Shown here: positions 37,183 through 45,694 of the stretch, piece after piece
How the letters are laid out: each line of letters begins with the position of its first letter
How positions within the stretch are numbered: position 1 is the stretch's first letter
NCBI GenBank assembly: GCA_963772765.1
Contig: CAVYYP010000013.1
Coordinates: 560,308 to 624,307 of the forward strand
DNA: 64,000 bases
Reading direction: 5' to 3'
From: Candidatus Bathyarchaeota archaeon
GTDB lineage: Archaea > Thermoproteota > Bathyarchaeia > Bathyarchaeales > Bathyarchaeaceae
Position numbers and translations under genes: made by a program
Notes under the pieces: generated by a model
Database searches by the model: none
What the model saw: the letters and a program-made list of their open reading frames with translations, nothing else
Told to the model about the DNA's origin: nothing

Positions 37183-37485
37183 CTAAACAATTCTTGGTGC
37201 TTTAAAAAATTTCTTTTCTTTCTTGGGCGCATTTTCTAGAACCTTTTCAGTAGGCAAAGAAGGTTCTGTTTTGTCTTTTCTGAAAACATTGTTGATGTCC
37301 AGAACATGGTAAGTGGGCTCAATGTCTTCTGTGTCTACTTCATCAATCTTCTTGAAGTACTCCAAAATTTCGTTAAACTGTTCAGTGAATAACGTCTTTT
37401 CCTGTTCAGAAAGCTCTATATGTGCTAGCCAAGCAACATGCTCAACTTCTTTTTTAGACAGATGCTGTTTTTCCGTGCTCACCAT
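37183..37485 (-). CDS. gatC: Asp/Glu-tRNA amidotransferase subunit C
   Basis: 100 aa, immediately upstream of gatA. VEHVAWLAHIELSEQE...FNEILEYF pattern. Confidence 0.8.
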   Translation of the reverse strand: MVSTEKQHLSKKEVEHVAWLAHIELSEQEKTLFTEQFNEILEYFKKIDEVDTEDIEPTYHVLDINNVFRKDKTEPSLPTEKVLENAPKKEKKFFKAPRIV

Positions 37486-37796
37486 TAATCACAATCCACT
37501 GGGGACAGCCCCTTCTTTGTCATGCACTACTCTAGAAAGCTTTTAACTCTTCTGCACCCACAAACAACTGCCCCATTTAATAAACTCTTTCAACTCAATA
37601 ACAATACCTGTTTTTCCAAACTATTTTCTGGTCATATTAACATCAATATTAATTAAAAATACAGAACAGTTTTATTACTCAATATCCGAATCTGATGTGA
37701 GCACACGCAATTTGTTTTAAGGTTGAAAATTAGCGTTCCCACCCACACGCCAATTCGCCTTCTTTTGCGTGTGCTCCCTTATGTTTTGGTGTTGGT

Positions 37797-39788
37797 TTAT
37801 TCGTATTCTTCTCTTCTTTTTCTGATGAATATGACTGCGCCGACTCCTCCTGCTCCTCCTGCGCCGCCTATGATGTAGATTAGGTATTGGTTTAGGAATG
37901 TGTCGTTTACTGTGAATGTTGTTGTGTTGCTGTAGGCTGGACTTATTGATGCGTTGCCTTCTATGTGGGTGTAGACTTGCCACATTTCCATTGTGGTTGG
38001 TTGGAATTCGACTGTGTATGTTCCGTTTTTGGTTGTTAGTGCAGTTTTTGTAAATGTTTCATTTGATGATGTGAACAGTACATTGACTGAAATATTTTCT
38101 ATTCTGGGGTCTATTGTGCCAGTTACTGTGATGTTTTCTCCGATGGTTACGCTCTGCGATGTGTTGCAAGTTACAGCGATGTACATTTGTTGTGTGGTGA
38201 CGTTTCTGTAGTTGCTGGCTGCTTCGAAGTATGTTTCGCTTCCGTTCCATGTTGCCCAGATTAGCCATGTTCCTGTTCTGTTCATGGTTTGTTCGTCAAG
38301 AAAGTTGCCTGAAGAGTCAGTGGTTACATTTCTGGACAGAATCGAGCCGTTAGCTGTGTAATTTATTATGGTGCCATTCGTAAGCGCCTTTTCTAAAGTG
38401 GTGCCGTTTACAGCAGAAGCATTCAGCATCCCATATATTACTGTCAGATTTGCCCCGCTTACTGGAGTGGAACCTGAGACTGTGATGTTTTCTCCAAACT
38501 TTGCAACAAGGTCTGAAACCTCTAACGTAATGTTTGCAAAATTCTTCACTGGGTAGCTGCTTTCAAGTTCTGCGGTGTTGCCGCTTATGTCCTGTGCCAA
38601 AATTGTATATTTGACCAGTGTTCCTGCTGGTTGCCCGGGGACTGTTGCGTTGTATGTGCTGTTCGGGTATGCGACCATGTCTTTGGTGGCGTATTTGGTG
38701 CCGTTGTCTGTTGAGTACTTTAGGTTTATCGTTTTTAGAGTGAATTCTTCGTTTACATGGACATTGATTGTTGTTTCGTTGTTTGGGTTTACCTTCTGTA
38801 TGGGATCAACTAGTGTTAGTTCTGGCGCTTCAAAATCTGTTTTAACCATGAACTCTATTGTGCCCGCTTCATATTCGGCTATGAATGCAAGATGATACAG
38901 AACGTTTCCCTCAACGGGAACTGTGTAGTTTATCAGCATGTCCTGTCCGGGGTATTCGCAGCTTGCCATCGCATTGTTGACTCTGGTGCCTTCGCTGTCT
39001 AGGTTGTAGCCGCCATAAATTCCTGAAGTTTTGCTGTATAGTCCCTCTTCCAGTGACAAGGGAACGCCATTAAGGATTGTGCCTACGTTTGCTTCTGGAT
39101 TTGCCATAAGGTAAAGCCGTGCTTCATACATGTCAAGGGTGTCTGGCACTTTCACTATAACGTCAATGTGGTTCTTTGTTGTGTTGAATTCGTATGCCCA
39201 TGCTGTTTTTTCAACTGGCTCATCGTCCACTTTTCCTTCCATGTCCAGCTTATACCACTTGTCCGTTTCTATGTGCTCGATTACCATGAATGTTGCTGCT
39301 TCGGCTCCATTGCTTTCTCTTGCGTCATTTTTTATCTGAAAACTGTAATCTCCTGACTGTTTCGGGACAAAGAATGGATGGTCAACTGTTGTGCCTAAAT
39401 GTTCGGGCAATCCTGCTGCTTCGGTGTGGTATGATTCCAGTTTTCCTGCTGGATCATAGACGAAGATGTCATAGTCTGTCTTGTTTGAGTCTGTTTCATC
39501 ATTTATCCAGTCACCGTAGCAGTAGACTCGGTAAGCTCTTCCTTGTTCCAGCCTGAAAACGTATGTCCAGTCTGAGCCTATAGGAATCTGTGAGGCATTA
39601 ATTTGGATAGGAAGAACAGGTTTGCTGATATATGTCCAGTTTCCTACGGTGTAGGGAACGTTGGGCTCCGCCGAGACCGTTTTGACTGACGGAACAGACA
39701 TAAGAAGAGGTGCCGGGGTGATTCCTGATAGTGTCCAGATTAGGATAATTATGGATAAGCATGCTCCTTTAGTTGACCACCCACGCAC
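37797..39788 (-). CDS. Large secreted, sequon-rich surface protein with C-terminal TM anchor (S-layer/adhesin-like)
   Basis: 663 aa with a signal-like N-terminus. I hand-counted 29 N-x-S/T sequons, concentrated in the C-terminal half. C-terminus: YLIYIIGGAGGAGGVGAVIFIRKRREEYE. Confidence 0.65.
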   Translation of the reverse strand: MRGWSTKGACLSIIILIWTLSGITPAPLLMSVPSVKTVSAEPNVPYTVGNWTYISKPVLPIQINASQIPIGSDWTYVFRLEQGRAYRVYCYGDWINDETDSNKTDYDIFVYDPAGKLESYHTEAAGLPEHLGTTVDHPFFVPKQSGDYSFQIKNDARESNGAEAATFMVIEHIETDKWYKLDMEGKVDDEPVEKTAWAYEFNTTKNHIDVIVKVPDTLDMYEARLYLMANPEANVGTILNGVPLSLEEGLYSKTSGIYGGYNLDSEGTRVNNAMASCEYPGQDMLINYTVPVEGNVLYHLAFIAEYEAGTIEFMVKTDFEAPELTLVDPIQKVNPNNETTINVHVNEEFTLKTINLKYSTDNGTKYATKDMVAYPNSTYNATVPGQPAGTLVKYTILAQDISGNTAELESSYPVKNFANITLEVSDLVAKFGENITVSGSTPVSGANLTVIYGMLNASAVNGTTLEKALTNGTIINYTANGSILSRNVTTDSSGNFLDEQTMNRTGTWLIWATWNGSETYFEAASNYRNVTTQQMYIAVTCNTSQSVTIGENITVTGTIDPRIENISVNVLFTSSNETFTKTALTTKNGTYTVEFQPTTMEMWQVYTHIEGNASISPAYSNTTTFTVNDTFLNQYLIYIIGGAGGAGGVGAVIFIRKRREEYE

Positions 39789-40023
39789 CTGCTGTTCCTC
39801 ATGTAATTTTTAGTTTGAATCTAGATTTCACTATGTGATTGTTTGTGGGCAGTAAAAATCTGTTATGAACAGGAAGTAACTAGCCAAAATATTGATTCTG
39901 CTACAACTAGTTACAGGAGAAAACTGAGATGCAGTGATGTTATGAGATGCTGTCGTTTCAGAACGTTACACACGCCTTGTTTTAAGACCTATCAAACGAA
40001 TAACCCTACTGGAGCTAATCTAT

Positions 40024-40410
40024 ATGTCAGCTGATGAAGAAACTTACGATGAGCAAGAAGAAGAGGAGACTAAGCTTCTTAATGCTGAACAGGTCACCGT
40101 GCTTGCAACAAGCTTTTTGAAAAGAATGGGAAACAGTCAGGGTTTAAAGCCAATTAAGGCTTCTCTTGAAGATGACGTTTACATTGTTGAAGTCGGGTTG
40201 CCCAAAAAGATTGCCACTGTCCAGATCGATGCCGCGACCGAGAACATCAAGGAATATGAAATCAAAGAAAAAGAGCAACAGAAAACTGCATCATCTTTTC
40301 CTTTACCTCTTACACCGCAAAACATACTCGTACTCGCTGGAACAGCAATCGGATCAATAGTTATATCAGCACTTCTAGGACTCCAATCACTCATACCCAG
40401 CCTATTCTAA
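40024..40410 (+). CDS. Hypothetical protein, acidic N-terminus and C-terminal TM helix
   Basis: 128 aa. DEETYDEQEEEE, then a small alpha/beta-looking domain, then VLAGTAIGSIVISALLGL. T-rich tracts follow the stop. Confidence 0.45.
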   Translation: MSADEETYDEQEEEETKLLNAEQVTVLATSFLKRMGNSQGLKPIKASLEDDVYIVEVGLPKKIATVQIDAATENIKEYEIKEKEQQKTASSFPLPLTPQNILVLAGTAIGSIVISALLGLQSLIPSLF

Positions 40411-40785
40411 ATCACATGCCCAAAAGTTGCTAGAACTAACTCTAGTTTCTTTTCGTTTTCTTTATGCTTGTGAACTTTTTTGCTATGATTGTTCTGTCCT
40501 GCTGATTTGTGAAAAAGGACTGATAACTGCAATTAAAATTTAATTTAGTTAGTTTGATATACTAATCTTGAATAGAGAAAAATTGTTTTTAAACTTTATC
40601 ACAATGGTTTGGGGTTAAATTTAACCAAAAAAATGTACGCCTGAATAATGGCTTGAAAATCCATTAAATGCCCTTGTCGTCAAATACAGAAAATGAAGCC
40701 AAGGGCATTCAGTCTGCGCTATGCGTCCCGCCAGTCTAACTTCAGTCAGATGGCGGGAAAAAAATGATTTTGACTAGGAATCAGA

Positions 40786-40854
40786 TTGATTACAGTTAGA
40801 AAGTCAAATTGAATTTTGGTTTGATTACAGTTAGAATACAGTATTACAGTAAGA
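40786..40854. repeat. Direct repeats ttgattacagttagaa (x2, 35-nt period) plus a partial third copy
   Basis: 40786-40801 and 40821-40836 are identical. attacagtaaga at 40843-40854 is partial. Confidence 0.6.
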
Positions 40855-40872
40855 TATCAAAGAAGTATAATC

Positions 40873-40940
40873 CGTATACCCTTTTAGTAAAAAGGATATA
40901 CCAATAAAATTCGTATATCCCTAAGAGAAAAAGGATATAC
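40873..40940. repeat. Two tandem ~29-nt hairpin units (cgtataYcc-N-ggatatac), 39-nt period, just 3' of the minus-strand gene ending at 40946
   Basis: Unit 1 (40873-40901): cgtatacccttttagtaaaaaggatatac. Unit 2 (40912-40940): cgtatatccctaagagaaaaaggatatac, with a perfect gtatatcc/ggatatac stem. Confidence 0.55.
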
Positions 40941-40945
40941 TTGAA

Positions 40946-42279
40946 CTATTGACTTCTTTTCATTTTTCTTCTATAAACTATAACTACTAATGTTGCAACC
41001 AAAAACAATGGCAGAATAATCCATGAAGGAAACTCTGGAACACCTTGTGCATTGGTTTTCACCACCCAAAAATCTTGATCTACTTTTTCATAATAATTTT
41101 CATCATTAAGTTCCCAAAATTCAACATAACCAGCCAAGGTATACCCACCATCAGCATTTTGGATAACAGAATTTGCTACCTCATGTTGTGAAGTCCCATA
41201 AAACCGATCCCACTCCTTGTCCCCAAAGGAATCAGTCTTAACTAACCAAAAATCAGGATTTCCATACCCAAACGACCGTGTATAACCCGCTAATGCAAAT
41301 CCCCCATCAGAAGACTCTATAATAGAAGAAACAAGATCATAAGCTTCTCCACCATACTTTTATCCCACTCCAAATTTCCAAATCCATCAGTCTTAATCAA
41401 CCAAAAGTCAGGTAAATCATTTTCAGGAGGATCCTCAGGACCGTTTGCTGAATATTTTAGGCAAGCCAACGCATAACCACCATCAGACGCTTGCACTAAA
41501 TCAACAGCACGATCACCATCTTCTCCGCCATATATTTGATCCCACTCTAAGTTTCCAGATGAATCAGTCTTGAGTAGCCAAACATAGGAATACCCAACCC
41601 CAGCAGAACGTTTGTGACCAGCCAATGCATAACCACCATCAGAAGTCTTTACCATACAATAAGCACCCTCCAAAGCTGAACTCCCATAGGTTTTCTCCCA
41701 CTCAACATTTCCAAAAGCATCTGTTTTAACTAACCAAACATCTGATTCCCCAGCCCCAAAAGAATATGTCACACCTGCTAACACAAATCCTCCATCAGAA
41801 CTCTGACATACAGAATATGCAGAATCTGCCCCTTCCCCACCATATGTCTGATTCCACTCAACAATACCATCACCATCAGTTTTAACTAACCAAAAATCCC
41901 TCAGTCCATTACCAAAAGACCAAGTATACCCAGCCAAAGCAAAACCTCCATCAGAAGTTACGATTATAGAATAACAAGCATCATAATCGCTTCCACCATA
42001 TGTCCTGTTCCACAACATATTACCCAGACTATCAGTCTTAATTAACCAAAAATCGTTTTTTCCCATACCAAAAGAATATGTATCTCCCGCTAATGCAAAT
42101 CCCCCGTCAGACGTAGCTACAACTGAATAAGCCCGATCATCATCGACTCCACCATATGACTGGGTCCATTCTACCCAAGGAACTACCTGAGCATGAACAA
42201 TATTAACACTAAAAGAAGCTAACAAAAGAAAGAGAATAAAAGCTGAAAATAATTTTTTGAACAAATTATTGTCTCCCAT
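40946..42279 (-). pseudogene. Secreted repeat (beta-propeller-like) protein with PEF-CTERM anchor; one frameshift as sequenced
   Basis: Signal peptide, then about 7 repeats of ..YGG..D.AYS...TSDGGFALAGYT.SFG.G..DFWLVKTD..GN.EW... After NLEWDK the repeat continues in another frame (YGGEEAYDLVSSIIESSDGGFALAGYTRSFGYGNPDFWLVKTD...). It runs to GVPEFPSWIILPLFLVATLVVIVYRRKMKRSQ*. The shift maps to the tttt run at 41358-41361. Confidence 0.7.
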
Positions 42280-43510
42280 ATTTCTGTAAATTGTGTTTGT
42301 AAATACTAATTACTCCAATAATCGCAACAAACATAACCAAAAAAAGAGCCAATGATGGAAACTCTGGAATGTCGCCTGTGTCTTCATAGTTGTTGTCAGC
42401 GACGGTGTTGTTGTTTGAATCGTTTCCCCAGATTTTGAGGTTTTCTTCCGTGTTTCCAAACAGGGTGTTTTCGGAGATGAAGGCGTCTCTGGAATCAAAA
42501 AAGTTGATGCCATTCTCTTGGTTGTTTGTTATGGTGTTTCCTATGATGATTGTATCTTCAGAGTTCCATGAATTGATACCATCAACGGTGTTCGCTGTTA
42601 TGTTGTTTTCTGTTATTGTATTGCCGACGCACATTTCGTATGGCGCAAAAAGTGTGATTCCGTACCCGTTGTTTTCTATGTGGTTTCGTGTTATCACCGA
42701 ATGGTTTGTGGCAATCACCAGTACACCTTGACTGTTGTCTGTGAGTGTTTGGTCTTTAACCGTTATGCCTGAACAGTTTACCAAAGCAACATATGCGGCT
42801 CCGGATGGCACAGTTTTATCGCGTTCGCTAACCCAGTAAATTATTGGTTTGCCGTCTATTGTGTTTGAGGCGTCAATGTCGTTGATGAAGTGCCTCATTT
42901 GAACGGATAGTTCGCAGTTTGTCCAGAAGCTGTGCACGTTGTTGATTAACTGGTTATCTCTGAACGTGTTGTTTGCGGACTGGGTCATGTAGATGCCATA
43001 AGTGTTGTTTTCAATTACGTTGCCTAAAACAGAGTTGCTATGCAAAAACATTGAGACCCTTATTCCGTGATCGCTGTCTGTTATGGTGTTTCCAGAAATG
43101 GTAACGTTCGTGTGACTATCCATGCTCCACCCAAAAGTAAGTGTAATGCCGCTGTGAAAATTTTTGATGTGTAAATTCCGTATTTCTACGTTGTATTTTT
43201 CTTGGAGCCAAACACCTGAAAGGTCTCCATTTCCTTGAAGCGTGTAACCCGCCCCATCAATGACGATGTCGTTGCGGAAAACCACGATTGTACCCTTAAC
43301 GTCTCCGGTAAAAGTGTAAATGTTGTCATTTCGCTGAATCAGGTCTGTTCCATTTACGTCCCCTTCATCAGTGATTTCGATGCTGTGAGTAGGAACTTGA
43401 GCAGGAATAAAATTTGCAGAGACCAAGCCGACAAACTGTAAAGCACTAAACAACGAAAGCGATAGAAGAAACAGAATAAATGAAGCCACAACTTTTTTCA
43501 TAGCCGCCAC
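42266..43510 (-). CDS. Secreted right-handed beta-helix (NosD/PbH1-repeat) protein with PEF-CTERM anchor
   Basis: 414 aa with a signal peptide and beta-helix repeats. The C-terminus reads GDIPEFPSLALFLVMFVAIIGVISIYKH. Paralog of 8281-9480. Confidence 0.8.
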   Translation of the reverse strand: MAAMKKVVASFILFLLSLSLFSALQFVGLVSANFIPAQVPTHSIEITDEGDVNGTDLIQRNDNIYTFTGDVKGTIVVFRNDIVIDGAGYTLQGNGDLSGVWLQEKYNVEIRNLHIKNFHSGITLTFGWSMDSHTNVTISGNTITDSDHGIRVSMFLHSNSVLGNVIENNTYGIYMTQSANNTFRDNQLINNVHSFWTNCELSVQMRHFINDIDASNTIDGKPIIYWVSERDKTVPSGAAYVALVNCSGITVKDQTLTDNSQGVLVIATNHSVITRNHIENNGYGITLFAPYEMCVGNTITENNITANTVDGINSWNSEDTIIIGNTITNNQENGINFFDSRDAFISENTLFGNTEENLKIWGNDSNNNTVADNNYEDTGDIPEFPSLALFLVMFVAIIGVISIYKHNLQKYGRQ

Positions 43511-43586
43511 TCTAACAACTCAGTTTCTCACTTGGAATTGATAAAAGGATTTTTGTAAAAGTTTCTTGACCAACAAATAATCTATA

Positions 43587-43602
43587 AGTCAAGAATTCTT
43601 GA
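43587..43602. promoter_or_regulatory. Perfect 16-nt palindrome gtcaagaattcttgac upstream of the PEF-CTERM operon (possible operator)
   Basis: Self-complementary. A third cttgac half-site lies at 43564-43569. The site is about 80-90 nt upstream of the start at 43510. Confidence 0.3.
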
Positions 43603-43760
43603 CAAACATTCCAATGCGGTTTCAATAGACTACGGAGACAAGAGTCAAAATTGAAGAATTTAGAGTCCAAGAATTTCATACTTGCTATATTCTAACCTTA
43701 ATTATATACTTCAAAAAATTAAGTTTTTAACTTCTAAAAAAGCGGTAACATTCTTTTTTA

Positions 43761-43910
43761 TTAAGACTCCAAGTCTTCAAAGTCTGGGCAAACACCTTCT
43801 ATCTCAATTTTTTCGTCAACAACTAGTATTGAACATACAGGTATCTCACCAGTACTTTGATTTCGGTCAAGGTTTTTACAAACCCAGCATGAATCACTAA
43901 TCACTTTCAT
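43761..43910 (-). CDS. Possible small Cys-containing protein (49 aa), below the track's size cut-off
   Basis: ATG 43910 preceded by gtgat (SD-like). Translation: MKVISDSCWVCKNLDRNQSTGEIPVCSILVVDEKIEIEGVCPDFEDLES*. Four Cys, including a CxxC. Confidence 0.3.
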   Translation of the reverse strand: MKVISDSCWVCKNLDRNQSTGEIPVCSILVVDEKIEIEGVCPDFEDLES

Positions 43911-44013
43911 TTCTTTATCACAACTTTATGATAATGACCAACATGAAACAAGATTATTGAAATTTACCTAAGAAACATTTGTTGTCAACGTAGAATTCAT
44001 GAGGTCGATTGTA

Positions 44014-44054
44014 TGCAGAAAAGGCTCCAAATAGGATGCATGAAAGTGTGAATA
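44014..44054. repeat. Intergenic repeat family, copy C (short form, no hairpin module)
   Basis: tgcagaaaaggctccaaataggatgcatgaaagtgtgaata, in the same orientation as copy B. It lies 22 nt from the cheB stop. Confidence 0.55.
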
Positions 44055-44075
44055 TTTGTGGGTAAGTCTGTTGTT

Positions 44076-45098
44076 TTAGCACCATTTTGTTAGTTGTTCT
44101 GGGATTTTGGATAGGGGCAGTATTTTGTCTGCTGTGCCTTCTTCTATGGCTGTTTTTGGCATGCCGAACACTGTGCAGGTTTCTTTGTTTTGTGCGATTG
44201 TTCTTCCGCCGTTGTCTTTGATGGCTCTCATGCCTTGGGCGCCGTCTCTTCCCATTCCCGTTAATATGACTCCGATGACATCTGACTGGTAAACTTCTGC
44301 TATGGTCCTCATCATTGGGTCAACTGCTGGTCTCACGCCATGTATTGTATGACCATCGTCGAGTTCTATTCTGCCATCTCCTGTGACTGTCATGTGGTAG
44401 CCTGCTGGAGCAATGAGTGCAAGTCCTTGTTTTATTTTGTCGTCTTGTTCGGCTTCTTTTACGTTAAAACTGCATTGCCTGTCTAGCCGTTTTGCGAACA
44501 GTTCTGTGAATCCAACTGGCATGTGCTGAACAATAAGTATTGGCGGTATGTTCTTTGGCAGATGACATAGAATTTCTTCGAGTGCGGGTGGTCCTCCTGT
44601 TGAGGCTCCTATTGTGATTATTTTGTCTGTGAATTCTCTTTTGATAGAAACCCGGGGACGGGCTGCTTCCTTGTGAGTGACCAGGTTGGCGTGTGATGCG
44701 GTTTTGATTTTTTCTACAAGCTCATTTCTCACCCTTTCTATGTCCAGCGAGATTTGTCCTGACGGTTTTTGTATGTAGTCTACGGCACCGAGTTTGAGTG
44801 CTTTGAATGTTATTTCTGCGCCCTCTTGAGTGGTTGCGCTGAGCATAATCACTGGCACGGGACTTTGTTTCATGATTTTTTGGAGTGTTGTCAATCCGTC
44901 CATGCGGGGCATGTTAACATCTAAGGTGATTACGTCTGGGCGAACTTCAGGAATTTTTTGCAACGCATTAAGTCCATCAAATGCAGTTCCGACAACAGTC
45001 AATTCTGGGTCAGAATCAATCATTTGTGTGACGATTTTTCGCATGAACGCCGAGTCGTCAACTACTAGGACCTTCAACCTGTTTTCCACCCACGTCAA
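44076..45098 (-). CDS. cheB: Chemotaxis methylesterase CheB (receiver + esterase)
   Basis: N-terminal receiver (VLVVDDSAFMR, ITLDVNMPRMDG). C-terminal esterase (GASTGGPPAL, HMPVGFT, GMGRDGA). Confidence 0.9.
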   Translation of the reverse strand: MTWVENRLKVLVVDDSAFMRKIVTQMIDSDPELTVVGTAFDGLNALQKIPEVRPDVITLDVNMPRMDGLTTLQKIMKQSPVPVIMLSATTQEGAEITFKALKLGAVDYIQKPSGQISLDIERVRNELVEKIKTASHANLVTHKEAARPRVSIKREFTDKIITIGASTGGPPALEEILCHLPKNIPPILIVQHMPVGFTELFAKRLDRQCSFNVKEAEQDDKIKQGLALIAPAGYHMTVTGDGRIELDDGHTIHGVRPAVDPMMRTIAEVYQSDVIGVILTGMGRDGAQGMRAIKDNGGRTIAQNKETCTVFGMPKTAIEEGTADKILPLSKIPEQLTKWC

Positions 45099-45184
45099 CC
45101 ATGTTTTGTTTAGTCAAAAAAGAAAAATGGGGTAAGGAGCTAAACGGTTCTTTCAGTCTGTGCTCCAACATGATTTTGCTATTT

Positions 45185-45685
45185 TTAGGCAGCGGCTATC
45201 TTAACAGCCGTAGGCTTGGATTTACTTGCTACTTTTTCTTGCTCTGACATGTCATCTTTGGATTCAGTGATTATCTTTGTAAGGTCAAGGATAACTATGA
45301 GTTTGTCTTCCTGTTTTCCGACGCCAACCACATATTTTTCCAATCTTTTGGTTACCTGAATGTGTCTTTCTATTTCTGTGCCCGCAAGCGTTGTTACTTC
45401 TGTTACTGTATCTACTACGACTCCTACTGCTGATTTGCCCATCTCGATGACAATGATTTTTTCGCCGCCCCCTTCCACCTCTTCAATGTTAAGGCGCTTT
45501 CTTAGATCCATTATTGTAATTATCTGTCCCCTGAGGTTCGTTACGCCTTCCACGTAGCTGGGCGCTCCTGGAACTGCTGTTACCGCTTGCACGTCTCTGA
45601 CTTCTCTTACTTGCTCCACTGGAACACCATAGTTGACGTCTCCCATCGTGAAATTGACTATCTGCATATTATCAGATGCTGCCAT
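45185..45685 (-). CDS. cheW: Coupling protein CheW (copy 1)
   Basis: 166 aa. NYGVPVEQVREV...APSYVEGVTNLRGQIITIMDLRKRL. Near-identical over its first ~120 aa to 47587-48087. Confidence 0.9.
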   Translation of the reverse strand: MAASDNMQIVNFTMGDVNYGVPVEQVREVRDVQAVTAVPGAPSYVEGVTNLRGQIITIMDLRKRLNIEEVEGGGEKIIVIEMGKSAVGVVVDTVTEVTTLAGTEIERHIQVTKRLEKYVVGVGKQEDKLIVILDLTKIITESKDDMSEQEKVASKSKPTAVKIAAA

Positions 45686-45694
45686 GGTAATCGC

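Noticed and set aside
37717-37983. Arg/His-rich 88-aa minus-strand ORF overlapping the 3' end of the surface protein gene.
   Set aside because: It is an out-of-frame overlap with a well-supported long ORF, and the low-complexity basic sequence has no start context.
40873-40940. Two ~29-nt repeat units with internal dyad symmetry, considered as a mini CRISPR array.
   Set aside because: There are only two units, separated by about 10 nt rather than a 30-40-nt spacer, and no cas genes are nearby.
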